Assembly: GCA_002319795.1 (NCBI GenBank)
Contig: DCFU01000046.1
Span: 70,864-134,863 of the forward strand
DNA from: Megamonas sp. UBA1796
Lineage (GTDB): Bacteria; Bacillota; Negativicutes; Selenomonadales; Selenomonadaceae
DNA length: 64,000 nucleotides
Direction: 5' to 3'
Below are positions 47,687 to 57,710 of the stretch, in pieces. Both the position numbers and the translations under genes were made by a program. The stretch's first letter is position 1, and every line of letters begins with the position of its first letter. Below the pieces are notes generated by a model. The model was not told the DNA's origin, did not search any database, and was given only the letters and a program-made list of their open reading frames with translations.

Positions 47687-48366
47687 TATGATTTCCCTCC
47701 TAAAGCACTGGCAAATTTGGCAGTAATAAGCTGCGGCCGCGTAATAGCAGAGCCAACAATCGGCGCATAAGCACCTGCTTCCATGACACATCTGACATCC
47801 TCCGGTGTATGAATGCGTCCCTCAGCAAAAACCGGTACAGGTGCATCCGATGAAAGCCGCTGCACCAGCACCACATCTGGTCCCGCAAGCTGCGAAGAAT
47901 AGGGTGTATAGCCCGACATCGTAGTGGAAACAGCATCTGCACCCAGCCTTGCCGCTTCCATTCCCTCTTCATAGGTAGAAATATCTGCCAGCACAAGCAC
48001 TCCGGCGTTATGCACCCTATCTACAAGTTCCTTCACCCCGATACCGCCCGGCCTTTTCCGTGCCGTCATATCGACAGCAATCATCTCGCATCCTGTGGTT
48101 AAAAGCTCCTGCACTTCACGCAGCGTTGCCGTAATATAGATATCCGAATCCTCATAATTCCGCTTGATAAGGCCTATGACCGGCAGCCCTGTAACTTTTT
48201 TGATTTCTTTGATGTCATCCACGCTCTGCGCCCGGATGACTGACGCTCCGCCTTCCTTTGCTGCTTTGGCCATCCGGCCCATAATAAATGCACTATGCAG
48301 CGGCTCATCCGGCAATGCCTGACATGAGACAACCAGCTTACCCTTTACTCCAGCCAAAAAATCCAT
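47686..48366 (-). CDS. nanE: N-acetylmannosamine-6-phosphate 2-epimerase
   Basis: The product contains LKGKLVVSCQALPDEPLH...GLPVIGLIKR...ADISTYEEG...GYT..., the NanE signature. I chose the start at 48366, after GGGGGAGG. Confidence 0.9.
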   Translation of the reverse strand: MDFLAGVKGKLVVSCQALPDEPLHSAFIMGRMAKAAKEGGASVIRAQSVDDIKEIKKVTGLPVIGLIKRNYEDSDIYITATLREVQELLTTGCEMIAVDMTARKRPGGIGVKELVDRVHNAGVLVLADISTYEEGMEAARLGADAVSTTMSGYTPYSSQLAGPDVVLVQRLSSDAPVPVFAEGRIHTPEDVRCVMEAGAYAPIVGSAITRPQLITAKFASALGGKS

Positions 48367-48410
48367 AACTTTCCTCCCCCTCTGTTTCTGTTGCTTTATA
48401 ACTATATGTT

Positions 48411-49160
48411 TCAACATGGTGCTTTTACAGCCTGCGGTAAAAGCGCAGCAGCATCATGATCTACGATAACCGTAACATCGCGATGCAGCTGCAGTATAGA
48501 AGCCGGCGCTGCCGGACTCACACCGCCGCAGACAGCCTTGCAGATTGCCTCTGCCTTATTTTTGCCGTTCGCGAGCAGTACCACCTTCTTCGCAAGCATG
48601 ATATTTTTTATTCCCATGCTGATAGCATAGCGGGGCACCTCCTGCTCATCTGTAAAGAATCGTGCATTGGCCTGTATTGTTTCCTCATCAAGCCGTACCC
48701 GATGCGTCGTCGCCTCAAATTTTATATCCGGTTCATTGAAGCCGATATGCGCATTCTGTCCGATGCCCAGCACCTGGAGATCAATACCGCCGCGGCTTTC
48801 GATCAGTGCATCGTAGCGCGTTCCCTCTGCCACCATATCCGCAGCCATTCCGTCCGGGATGTAAACATTTTCTGATTTTATATTGATCCGGTCAAAAAAA
48901 TTCTTGTGCATAAAATAATGATAGCTTTGCGGATTCTCCGGTTCAAGTCCGATATACTCATCCAGATTGAAGCTTATAATCTCCGAAAAATCAAGGCCGA
49001 TGGTTTCATGCACCGCAATGAGCTTCTTATATAGTCCCAGTGGTGTACTGCCTGTAGCCATCCCCAGTACACTGTCCGGCTTCAGATATATCTGGCCGGC
49101 AAAAATTTTTGCAGCAGCTACGCTCATCTCTTCGTAAGAATTCGTTATAATTAGACGCAT
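48411..49160 (-). CDS. nagB: Glucosamine-6-phosphate deaminase
   Basis: The product contains MRLIITNSYEEMS...LGMATGSTP...NLDEY...GIGQNAHIGFNEP. It is 249 aa. Confidence 0.9.
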   Translation of the reverse strand: MRLIITNSYEEMSVAAAKIFAGQIYLKPDSVLGMATGSTPLGLYKKLIAVHETIGLDFSEIISFNLDEYIGLEPENPQSYHYFMHKNFFDRINIKSENVYIPDGMAADMVAEGTRYDALIESRGGIDLQVLGIGQNAHIGFNEPDIKFEATTHRVRLDEETIQANARFFTDEQEVPRYAISMGIKNIMLAKKVVLLANGKNKAEAICKAVCGGVSPAAPASILQLHRDVTVIVDHDAAALLPQAVKAPC

Positions 49161-49175
49161 TCCTTCATCCCTCCA

Positions 49176-50021
49176 TTATTGGCGGAGAAACTCCATGGCC
49201 ACGGCTGTCTTTTGCTTGTTTTCTGCCGCACTTTCGGACATCTCCTTAACAATTTGTGTATAGATAAGATCCATGATAAAAAACTGCGCAAGCTTTGTCG
49301 TAATAGAACCAGTCTCCAGCATGGATTCCTTGGCTTCATAAGTAATATGGATATTCGCAATCCTGCCGATACCGCTGCTCTTATTCGATGTAATAGCGAT
49401 AGCTCTCGCACCATTTTCCTGCGCAAGCTTTACAGTCTTCAGCACTTCCGGCGACTTGCCGGAATGCGATACCGCCACGATCACATCTCCCGGTCCGGCA
49501 AGCGATGCCATAATCAGCATCGTATGACTGTTGTCCAGCCCCAGGCTCTCAAATCCAATGCGATAAAATTTATAAGCCGTATCCTGCGCCACAAAGCCTG
49601 AGTTTCCCAAACCAATGAACCGCAGCCGCTTAGCCGAACGCATGAGTGCTGCACAAGATTCCACACTGCCTTCCATAAGAGACGCCAGCGTTTTTTCCAA
49701 CGTACCGATATTCGCATCCAGCAGCTTACGCCCCGTAACAAGTGCCGATTCACCGCAGCTGATGCTGCTGTTGATAATATACCGGTTTGTTCCCTCCGTA
49801 AGCTCCTCTGCCAGAGCAAGCTTAAACGCCTGAAGACTGGCAAAACCCATTTTTTTGACAAATCGGGTAATCGTGGCTTCACCTACACCTGAAGTTATCG
49901 CCAGCTTCGCAATGGCTGTATGCGGCACATCGGGTGCATTCTTCTTTATATAGGCCATAAGAAGTTTGTCTGATTTGGACGGACGAAACTCCGGATGATC
50001 CAATTGCTCCAATATGCTCAT
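49176..50021 (-). CDS. RpiR/MurR-family regulator (HTH_6 plus SIS domain)
   Basis: The HTH is IAKLAITSGVGEATITRFVKKMGFASLQAFK. The SIS domain contains RFIGLGNSGFVAQD...VAVSHSGKSPE. It is the first gene of the amino-sugar operon. Confidence 0.85.
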   Translation of the reverse strand: MSILEQLDHPEFRPSKSDKLLMAYIKKNAPDVPHTAIAKLAITSGVGEATITRFVKKMGFASLQAFKLALAEELTEGTNRYIINSSISCGESALVTGRKLLDANIGTLEKTLASLMEGSVESCAALMRSAKRLRFIGLGNSGFVAQDTAYKFYRIGFESLGLDNSHTMLIMASLAGPGDVIVAVSHSGKSPEVLKTVKLAQENGARAIAITSNKSSGIGRIANIHITYEAKESMLETGSITTKLAQFFIMDLIYTQIVKEMSESAAENKQKTAVAMEFLRQ

Positions 50022-50299
50022 TTTTTATCCTTCCTCATCTTCATATTGCACATTTCAAATATAACATATCATCTGTTTATATGCAATAAAATTTCATTTT
50101 TTCTTATTATTTTGTTTTAATTGTATAAATTAAGATATAATATTTCTTTTAATATATTATACAAACCCTTAGAAATACTAATTTTTTAAGAACAGGAACG
50201 ATTTTCATACAACAACTTTATATTTAGGAAATATAATTCATTATTTTCTCCTATGCCTGTGTTATAATGTAGATACTATGAAGAAGGAGGGACTTTTCC

Positions 50300-50965
50300 A
50301 TGAAAGGTTCAGAAATTCTCACCTATATTGACCACACCCTGCTGCAGCCAACAGCCAGCTGGGCACAAATACAAGAGCTTTGTGAACAAGCCATCGTCTA
50401 CAAGACAGCTTCCGTATGCGTTCCTCCCTGCTATATCAAACGCATTCAGGAAACCTATGGCGAGACCATAAATATCTGCACCGTTATCGGCTTTCCTCTC
50501 GGTTATGATACAACAGAGACCAAAGTCGCAGCCGCCAAACAGGCCGTCAAAGACGGCGCTGCTGAAATTGATATGGTCATCAATATTTCTGATGTGAAAA
50601 ACGGCAGCTATGACAAGGTTACCGATGAAATTGTTGCTATGCGGAAAGCGATCGGCAAGAAACTGCTTAAGGTCATTGTCGAAGCCTGTTACCTGAACGA
50701 AGATGAAAAAATCATGCTGTGCCAGGCTGTCACGAACGGCGGCGCTGACTACATCAAGACCTCGACCGGCTTTGGGACGAGCGGTGCTACGCACAGTGAT
50801 GTACGCCTTTTTGCCGAGCATATTGGTCCGAAGGTCAAAATAAAGGCCGCAGGGGGCATTCGCAACCTCACGGACATCAAGCAATATCTCGCAGAAGGCT
50901 GTTCCCGTATCGGCGCGAGCGCGGCGGTGAATCTTCTGAAGGACCGGCTGAGCGACGAAATCTAA
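50300..50965 (+). CDS. deoC: Deoxyribose-phosphate aldolase
   Basis: The product contains IDHTLLQP...ICTVIGFPLG...EIDMVIN...IKTSTGF (Schiff-base Lys). It is 221 aa. Confidence 0.9.
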   Translation: MKGSEILTYIDHTLLQPTASWAQIQELCEQAIVYKTASVCVPPCYIKRIQETYGETINICTVIGFPLGYDTTETKVAAAKQAVKDGAAEIDMVINISDVKNGSYDKVTDEIVAMRKAIGKKLLKVIVEACYLNEDEKIMLCQAVTNGGADYIKTSTGFGTSGATHSDVRLFAEHIGPKVKIKAAGGIRNLTDIKQYLAEGCSRIGASAAVNLLKDRLSDEI

Positions 50966-50982
50966 TAGCGATGAATCGACAC

Positions 50983-51016
50983 AAAAAAAGAGATGCACCA
51001 CGCATCTCTTTTTTTG
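50983..51016. terminator. Bidirectional terminator between convergent deoC and alr
   Basis: An 8 bp stem (AGAGATGC/GCATCTCT) has a 5 nt loop. It is flanked by an A7 run upstream and a T7 run downstream. Confidence 0.7.
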
Positions 51017-51034
51017 TAGATTAATTTTTTGTTT

Positions 51035-52144
51035 TTATCCCTTATATACTCTTGGCACACGCGGCGAAACCATACAGACAATCTCATAGTTAATGGTACC
51101 CAGCCAGCCTGCAACCTCATCCGCGGTAAGCGTATCAGAGCCAAAAAGCACAGCCTTATCACCGACTGCGGCCTCTGGAACCGCTGTAACATCCGCCATA
51201 CATTGGTCCATGCAGATACGGCCCACAATCGGCACGCGCTTTCCTCTGAGCTCAACGACCGCCTTACCGGCAAAAAGGCGCGTATAACCATCTGCGTATC
51301 CCATAGGAAGTGTCGCTATACGGCTTTCACGCGAGACCGTATAGGTACAACCATAGCTGATCTTTTCACCGGCATACATATCCTTGAGATAAACCAGCCT
51401 CGCCCAAACTTTCATCGCCGGACGCAGATCGATTACATGCTGCACTTCATCGGACGGCCAGAGTCCATAGAGAATCACGCCAGCACGTACCATATCAAAA
51501 TGTGTTTCCGGCATCTCCAAAATTGCCGCCGAATTGGCAATATGCCGGATAGGAATATGAATCCCACGTGCCTCCACTTCAGCCAGGGCTTTCCTGAAGC
51601 GTTTGAGCTGTTCCTGCGCATAAGTTTTATCCCGGCTGTCCGACAAGGCAAAATGTGAAAATATCCCCTCAAGCTCAATACCAGGCAGCTCCCGGAGCTG
51701 CATTGCAAGCGCCCCGGCTTCTTCCGGACGCACGCCAATACGGCTCATACCCGTATCCACCTTCAAATGCACCTTGGCCGTTTTCCCCTGACGCACCGCT
51801 TCCTCAGACAAAGCTCGTGCTGCTTCCAACGTAAACACCGTCTGCGTAAGTAATTCATCCACCACAACTCCCGCATCTTCCGGCTGCGTGGCTCCTAAAA
51901 GCAGTATTGGCACCGTAAGCCCTGCACGCCGCAGTTCCACAGCTTCAGACACCACCGCCACAGCCAGATAATCCGCCCCAAGCTTTACAGCGCGCTGGGC
52001 TACCGCCACCGCCCCATGGCCATAAGCATCCGCCTTTACCACGGCACAAAACTTCGCATTGCCCTGAATGCGCTTCTTTATTTCCTTTATATTATGCTCA
52101 ATCGCTCCCAAATCAATTTCTGCCCAAACTGCACGACCCGGCAT
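51035..52144 (-). CDS. alr: Alanine racemase
   Basis: The product contains AVVKADAYGHGA (PLP Lys motif)...SHF...GYADGY...VGRICMD. It is 369 aa. Confidence 0.9.
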   Translation of the reverse strand: MPGRAVWAEIDLGAIEHNIKEIKKRIQGNAKFCAVVKADAYGHGAVAVAQRAVKLGADYLAVAVVSEAVELRRAGLTVPILLLGATQPEDAGVVVDELLTQTVFTLEAARALSEEAVRQGKTAKVHLKVDTGMSRIGVRPEEAGALAMQLRELPGIELEGIFSHFALSDSRDKTYAQEQLKRFRKALAEVEARGIHIPIRHIANSAAILEMPETHFDMVRAGVILYGLWPSDEVQHVIDLRPAMKVWARLVYLKDMYAGEKISYGCTYTVSRESRIATLPMGYADGYTRLFAGKAVVELRGKRVPIVGRICMDQCMADVTAVPEAAVGDKAVLFGSDTLTADEVAGWLGTINYEIVCMVSPRVPRVYKG

Positions 52145-52293
52145 AGCGCCATCTCCCTACAAAATTTTTACAATAGCCTTATTGTACACCCCGCATGCCA
52201 AAATGAAAAGATTTTTATCAATCAATCGCAGCAGGCTTTACTATTTTTATGACGAATATAATAAAGAATTATCTTGTACAAAGGAGATTTTTT

Positions 52294-52677
52294 ATGCCTA
52301 ATAAATGGGATGCTCTGCTCATCCTTTTTCTGCTTATTCTGTCCTGCATTCCGATTGCCATCTTCGGACAGCCTGCACAGGCATCCGGCATCTATGCAGA
52401 GGTCACCATCGATGGAGAGCTTTACAAAAGAATTCCGCTCACAGCCCATCATGGGCATGATGAAATGGATATCCATACAAAATATGGCAGCAATACCGTC
52501 GTGGTCGAAGACGAAACCATTGCCATCACCGATGCCGATTGCCCCGACCGCATATGCGTATCCATGGGGAAAGCATCAAAACCAGGCAATATCATTGTGT
52601 GCCTGCCGCATAAGCTTGTCATCGAGGTGAAAAGCAGCACCGACGCTCCAGCCTCCGACATCATTCCAGCACATTGA
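52294..52677 (+). CDS. NusG domain II-containing membrane-anchored protein
   Basis: An N-terminal TM is followed by a NusG_II-like region (AEVTIDGELYKRIPL...NTVVVEDETIAITDADCPDRICV...IVCLPHKLVIEV). The ATG at 52294 follows AAGGAG. Confidence 0.7.
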   Translation: MPNKWDALLILFLLILSCIPIAIFGQPAQASGIYAEVTIDGELYKRIPLTAHHGHDEMDIHTKYGSNTVVVEDETIAITDADCPDRICVSMGKASKPGNIIVCLPHKLVIEVKSSTDAPASDIIPAH

Positions 52678-52689
52678 GGTAATAAACCA

Positions 52690-53220
52690 ATGAATACTAT
52701 GACAAAACCATTCCGCCTGATTTACCTGAGCCTGCTCATCGCACAATCCCTGGCTCTTTTCATGTTTGAAGGCCTCATCCCACTCCCCTTTATCGCCCCG
52801 GGAGCGAAACTCGGCCTGGCAAATCTCATTACGGTCATCGCACTCTACACTCTGCCGCGCAAGCGCGACGTCCTTCTGATCCTCGCGGTGCGCGTCATGC
52901 TGGCTACCATGTTTGGCGGCGGTCCCACGATTTTCCTCTACAGTATCAGCGGCGCATTGCTGTCCTTCGGCGCGATGTGCATCTGTAAGGAAGCCCGCTG
53001 TTTCAGTCTGCTTGGAGTCAGTGCCGCCGGCGGGTTTTTCCACAACCTCGGCCAGCTCTGCACCGCTACGCTGGTGCTTCAGACTTCCGCTCTCTGGCTC
53101 TACCTGCCAGTACTTGCCGCCGTTGGTATCTTTACCGGCCTGCTCATCGGCCTCGCCGCGCAGCTCACGGTCAAAAAACTTATCCGCCTGCCCGTATTCC
53201 ATCATATGCCGCTGTCCTGA
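52690..53220 (+). CDS. Gx-transporter / heptaprenyl-diphosphate-synthase-component-I family membrane protein
   Basis: The 176 aa product has 5 TMs and contains LSLLIAQSLALFMFEGLIPLPFIAPGAKLGLANLIT. Pairing with a NusG_II gene is typical of this family. Confidence 0.65.
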   Translation: MNTMTKPFRLIYLSLLIAQSLALFMFEGLIPLPFIAPGAKLGLANLITVIALYTLPRKRDVLLILAVRVMLATMFGGGPTIFLYSISGALLSFGAMCICKEARCFSLLGVSAAGGFFHNLGQLCTATLVLQTSALWLYLPVLAAVGIFTGLLIGLAAQLTVKKLIRLPVFHHMPLS

Positions 53221-53254
53221 TCCCACTGCACCTAGAATTTGTCTATGACCATTC

Positions 53255-53893
53255 TCAATGATAGATTTGCGGATGAATAACAATTTCCAGCCCGATATTT
53301 TCTCCTTTTTGCATGGACTCCTTACTCGTGACAACATATTCCACTTCGCAATATTTCTTTCCCAGCCAATAGGTCACGACACTATCCTGCACACTCTCAC
53401 GGCTGCCGGGATTTCCCAGCTTGGCAAGCAGGAAGTCTTCTACATCTTTGATAGTATCGACCGGCCCGGAGAGTTCTACTCCCAAAGAAGGGCTCTCGTT
53501 ATCCACGATCCAAAGGAGCTTGCAGCGCACATGGTCGGACAGCTCATATGCCGCAGCATAATAGGATGCATCTCCGGGCATCGGCGAGATTTTTTGGTCA
53601 AAAGTCCCGCGGATATCCGGAGATTTTTCTTCAGCAACATAAAAGGCCCGTTCAACCAGTTCCCTGCTTGTCCATGATAATGTATAGGGAGATGCCGCCA
53701 TATCGCGAGTGAAGTCATTCCGGGAATACACCGTGCCTGAACTGTTATGCTTCTCTTCATAATGCTCATCAGATAATATTCCCGGATGATACAAAATAAG
53801 AACCATCCCCATGAAAATCAACGTATTCCTTATGTATTTGCGCAAAAAAGCACCTGCCCCTGTTCTAAATTTTATTGCGTATTGCAGCTCCAC
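53255..53893 (-). CDS. Hypothetical membrane-anchored protein
   Basis: It has a basic N-terminus and a hydrophobic segment (RKYIRNTLIFMGMVLILY) followed by a soluble domain of about 170 aa. I recognise no family. The start is uncertain: GTG at 53893, or an internal TTG near 53845. Confidence 0.45.
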   Translation of the reverse strand: MELQYAIKFRTGAGAFLRKYIRNTLIFMGMVLILYHPGILSDEHYEEKHNSSGTVYSRNDFTRDMAASPYTLSWTSRELVERAFYVAEEKSPDIRGTFDQKISPMPGDASYYAAAYELSDHVRCKLLWIVDNESPSLGVELSGPVDTIKDVEDFLLAKLGNPGSRESVQDSVVTYWLGKKYCEVEYVVTSKESMQKGENIGLEIVIHPQIYH

Positions 53894-53987
53894 AGTACGA
53901 TTGCTGCCACCCTCTCACCCACACCCGGCACCCGAAGAACTCCTGCCTCATATCTGCCCTGTAAACGTCTGCAAGTTTAATTATAAC

Positions 53988-54035
53988 AAAAAAACACGAC
54001 TATACCATTAAAAATTTGGTGTAATCGTGTTTTTT
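53988..54035 (-). terminator. Terminator after the GH127 gene
   Basis: AAAAAACACGA ... TCGTGTTTTTT forms a stem around a loop of about 25 nt. On the minus strand it is followed by a T-run. Confidence 0.5.
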
Positions 54036-54053
54036 ACTTAAAATTTCAAGGTT

Positions 54054-56021
54054 TTATTTTTTATACATCCAAACCGTCATCTCGTTCTCGCCCCGATTTC
54101 CCCAACAATAATATGGAATCAGCGTGATCTGCTGTGCTTCATATACAGGCTCCTGCCAGGGAGAATACAGTCCCTTCGCGGCCGGTGCTTTCCGGCGAAA
54201 GGCCGTCCCCTGCAGTATCCCTGTCCCGCCGAACTGGTCCGGGCAGAACCGATAGGTGAGCGGCAGGTTTTCCGGCACGCGTATAAGCTGTAGGTCTTTG
54301 CCATTATCTGCCTGTTCCAGACAATAAACCAGCGGGCCTCTCTGCACAGCCAGACGGTTGATATCGGCACGCACCGCAGGGGATGCCTCCCAGCATCGTG
54401 CCTGCATCGGCAGCTGAAGTATGACCTCATCTCCGGTTCTCCAGCAACGGCGAATCACCAGGAACCCATCTTTCAACACACCCTCGCAGGAACGGCCATT
54501 CAGAGATACTTCATACTGAGCGGCCCAGCCAGGTATGCGCAGCCCGATACCAAACGTCTGCCCGCCGCCGGCCTCTACCCTGAGGCAGATTCTCCCTCCC
54601 CACGGATAATCTGTTTTTTGGGTAAGCCGGACTTCCTCGCCTGCAATCGTGAATCTGCCCACTGATTCCATATAAAGCAGTGTACAGACGGTATCTCCAT
54701 CCACAATATATGCATAATTATCCAGCGAACTCAGGAGACGAGCCAGATTCGGCGGGCAGCAGGCGCAGCCGAACCAAGCCGGACGCGTGAGCTTGATATG
54801 GCTCTTGCCAGGATCCTTCCTGCTGTATTCCGGCACAGTTTCCAGCGGATTCACATAGAAAAAATGTTTGCCATCAGGCGCCATGCCGCTGAGTACTGTA
54901 TTATACAACGCTCGTTCCATGACGTCCGCATACTCGGCACACATCTCATTGTCGAGCATGGCGCGCGCAAAGAAAATAAGCCCGATAGACGCACAGGTCT
55001 CACCATATACCGTATCGTTCGGCAAATCATAGTCGGCAGTGAACGCTTCTCCCTGCACCGTTGAACCGATAGCTCCGGTGATGTACATGCGTCTGTCTAC
55101 AATATTCTTCCACAGCCGCCGGCAGGCGGCCAGCATGGCTTCATCCCCGGCCAGTGAAGCCAGTCTGGCCATCCCCGTGCACATATAAGTGACACGTACT
55201 GCATGCCCTTCTGCCGTCTCCTGCTCCAGCAATGGCTTGTGCACCTGATAATACTCGGGTTTAAAACCTTCCATTCCCTCTATAAGGACGGACTTATCCG
55301 GGTCTGCTGCGCGCTGCTGCCAAAAGAATGACGGGTCCTGCCCACGCGCATAGAGGAAGAACCGTCCCAGCGCTAAATACTTCTCGTCCTTCGTCGTCCC
55401 ATATAGACGGAACAACGCCAGTTCGATTTCCTCATGCCCGTCATATCCATGGATCTTGCCCTCTTCCGGCCCGAAATGCCGTGCAATGCAGTCTGCCAGG
55501 CGGCAGGCCGTATGCAGAACCTTTTCACTATGCACTGCCTGATAGTAAGCGACGGCCGCTTCAATGAAATGCCCGGCACAGTACAGCTCATGGCTTTGGT
55601 AAAGACGCTTGAATTTCCGCTGTGGCGCTTCGATTGTGAAGTACGTACCCAGATAACCGTCGTCTTCCTGCGCCGCCGCGATGAGGTCCACCACGCCGTC
55701 CGCAATCTCCTGCAAAGCGGGGTCCGGTACACGCCGCAGCGAATAAGCAGCGGCCTCGAGCCATTTATAAACATCGCTGTCCTGGAAAACCATCCCGTAA
55801 TGATGCCCGCTGGCAAGGCCCGCGGCAATACGAAAATTCTCTATGGCATGGCTTTTTTCGGAAGGAATATACGCTGCGTCCCGCTCCTTCTCGATGACAA
55901 TATCTTCCTTATCATTCAGCACCTTCCACTGATACGGCAGCATCTCCCTGCGGATAAGCTCCATGTAGCGCAGCCAAAAGGCATCAGTGATTTCTATTTT
56001 ATCGATTTTGCTTTCCTGCAT
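54054..56021 (-). CDS. Glycoside hydrolase family 127 (beta-L-arabinofuranosidase, DUF1680)
   Basis: The 655 aa product contains FWLRYMELIRREMLPYQWKVLND...SDVYKWLEAAAY...HELYCAGHFIEAAVAY...CACCPPN (Cys-rich catalytic/Zn motif). It has no signal peptide. Confidence 0.85.
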   Translation of the reverse strand: MQESKIDKIEITDAFWLRYMELIRREMLPYQWKVLNDKEDIVIEKERDAAYIPSEKSHAIENFRIAAGLASGHHYGMVFQDSDVYKWLEAAAYSLRRVPDPALQEIADGVVDLIAAAQEDDGYLGTYFTIEAPQRKFKRLYQSHELYCAGHFIEAAVAYYQAVHSEKVLHTACRLADCIARHFGPEEGKIHGYDGHEEIELALFRLYGTTKDEKYLALGRFFLYARGQDPSFFWQQRAADPDKSVLIEGMEGFKPEYYQVHKPLLEQETAEGHAVRVTYMCTGMARLASLAGDEAMLAACRRLWKNIVDRRMYITGAIGSTVQGEAFTADYDLPNDTVYGETCASIGLIFFARAMLDNEMCAEYADVMERALYNTVLSGMAPDGKHFFYVNPLETVPEYSRKDPGKSHIKLTRPAWFGCACCPPNLARLLSSLDNYAYIVDGDTVCTLLYMESVGRFTIAGEEVRLTQKTDYPWGGRICLRVEAGGGQTFGIGLRIPGWAAQYEVSLNGRSCEGVLKDGFLVIRRCWRTGDEVILQLPMQARCWEASPAVRADINRLAVQRGPLVYCLEQADNGKDLQLIRVPENLPLTYRFCPDQFGGTGILQGTAFRRKAPAAKGLYSPWQEPVYEAQQITLIPYYCWGNRGENEMTVWMYKK

Positions 56022-56045
56022 ATACTCCCACTCCCTATTCCAGCT

Positions 56046-57416
56046 TCAACGTTTTTCCAATGCAGCCAATATGTTGTTCTCCTGCGCCTCATAACGGCGG
56101 TAGAAAAGCATCGGCACGATTCCCAGCGCGAATATGACGGCTGGCAGCCAGATGAATACCAGCTGTATCCCGACAAGCGCCTGCGCGGACTGCACCGCAT
56201 TCGGCACATAACCGAAAAAGTTCATGACCATCGCTGGCAGGAAACCACCGATGCCAGAGCCTGCTTTGATGCAGAAAGCACTGCCGATTGCTGTAAGAAA
56301 ACCGCTCGCCCGGATGCCTGTCTTCCACTCGCCATAGTCTACCGTATCCGAAAGCATCGCAAACGGCATAGAGCAGGCAATCCCCTGACCAATAGAGCTC
56401 AAGCACCAAAAGGTTATGAGCATAGTCATATAAGTCCCTGCGAAATACATGCCGATATGTCCGGCAACCGCGAGGACGAGCCCGAAGATCATCGTCATAT
56501 ATTTACTGCTATGGCGCACCAAAAACGGAATTGAGAGCATCCCCAGCACCTGGATCACCATGAAGCCGTTGACAACAGCCGCGATGCTCTTGTCCCCCAG
56601 ATAATATTGACAATAATACACCACCGTGGACTGGCGCACCGTAAGCGCTATCCAAAAAATAAGGTTCGCTGTGACAAGTATCATCCACGGCCAATTCCCT
56701 TTAATCGCCTTCAGGCTCGCTTTGACCGGAATCTGTTTGATTTTTTCGACATTCGTCTCCCGGAGATTCTTGAAAGCCACGAAAAAGAGCACGACGGCCG
56801 CTGCCCCGAAAACCGCCAAAGTGATTGAGAACCCTCGCTGGTCGTTCCCACCGCCAAAGAAAGCCACCAGCGGCAGCGTGAACGTCATGCAGGTAAATGC
56901 TCCCACATTCCCCCCGACCATACGGAAGGTATTGAGTACGACGCGTTCCTTCGGATCGTGCGTGAGGTTCGGCAAAATCGAAGTAATCGCCGTCTGTATG
57001 CCTGTATAGACGATTCCCGCGATGATATAGGTAGTCGCCGCATAAACAATCTTTGCCGTCCCATCGAGGGCCGGGGTCGTGAACGTCAGCCACATGAATA
57101 CCGCGAACGGTACACTGAGCCAAAGAAAATATGGCCGGCTCTGCCCATATTTTGTTTTTGTATGATCCACGATGACACCCCAGATTGGCGCATCCACCGC
57201 ATCCAACAACCGTGTCGCCAACAACAGTGTGCCTGTGACGGCCACCGATAGGCCAAATACATCCGTATAAAAATACAACAAAAATGAACCTATAATGCAA
57301 TACAGCAGATTGCCACACCCATCGGTGAGAGAATAGCTCAACCTGCTTCCCAACGAACTCGTCATCTTCACCGGCTTCTCTTCCTTCATCGCCGTACAAT
57401 TGTCTGCTATGCCCAT
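56046..57416 (-). CDS. Glycoside-pentoside-hexuronide (GPH):cation symporter
   Basis: The product contains LSYSLTDGCGNLLYCIIGSFLLYFYTDVFGL...LLATRLLDAVDAPIWGVIVD, the GPH signature. I chose the ATG at 57416, 7 nt after AGGAGG. Confidence 0.8.
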   Translation of the reverse strand: MGIADNCTAMKEEKPVKMTSSLGSRLSYSLTDGCGNLLYCIIGSFLLYFYTDVFGLSVAVTGTLLLATRLLDAVDAPIWGVIVDHTKTKYGQSRPYFLWLSVPFAVFMWLTFTTPALDGTAKIVYAATTYIIAGIVYTGIQTAITSILPNLTHDPKERVVLNTFRMVGGNVGAFTCMTFTLPLVAFFGGGNDQRGFSITLAVFGAAAVVLFFVAFKNLRETNVEKIKQIPVKASLKAIKGNWPWMILVTANLIFWIALTVRQSTVVYYCQYYLGDKSIAAVVNGFMVIQVLGMLSIPFLVRHSSKYMTMIFGLVLAVAGHIGMYFAGTYMTMLITFWCLSSIGQGIACSMPFAMLSDTVDYGEWKTGIRASGFLTAIGSAFCIKAGSGIGGFLPAMVMNFFGYVPNAVQSAQALVGIQLVFIWLPAVIFALGIVPMLFYRRYEAQENNILAALEKR

Positions 57417-57710
57417 TCCTATACCTCCTAATACAACAAGAGCGAAATATTTCACGAAATAAAAATGTTCCGTCAATTATCTGTTTCTTCTGGCTGCGCA
57501 TCCAAGAATCTGTCTAATATTATATCGCAGGAACCCGACTGGAAACAGAAATAAAGTTTACCTTTTATATAACATAACAAACCTTATTTTTATAATAAAA
57601 TAAACCTAATAAATAGAATTTGTGCTAAAATTAAAGGAAAGAACACTAAAAAACATAGAAAATACATGGATACTCTATATAACAAAATGAATATAAGGAT
57701 GTGAGTCTGA

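Noticed and set aside
47687-47791. A Cys-rich 35 aa N-terminal extension of the permease ORF (MCHGSRCLCADCWLCYYAAAAYYCQICQCF...), which superficially resembles a Cys-rich peptide.
   Set aside because: It overlaps the nanE coding sequence in another frame. The permease has a textbook AGGAGGG RBS and an ATG at 47686, coupled to the nanE stop. The extension is an artefact of longest-ORF calling.
52576-53337. A 253 aa minus-strand ORF opposite the Gx-transporter gene.
   Set aside because: It is antisense to a gene with clear membrane-protein periodicity and family motifs. Its translation is charged and low-complexity with no domain signature.
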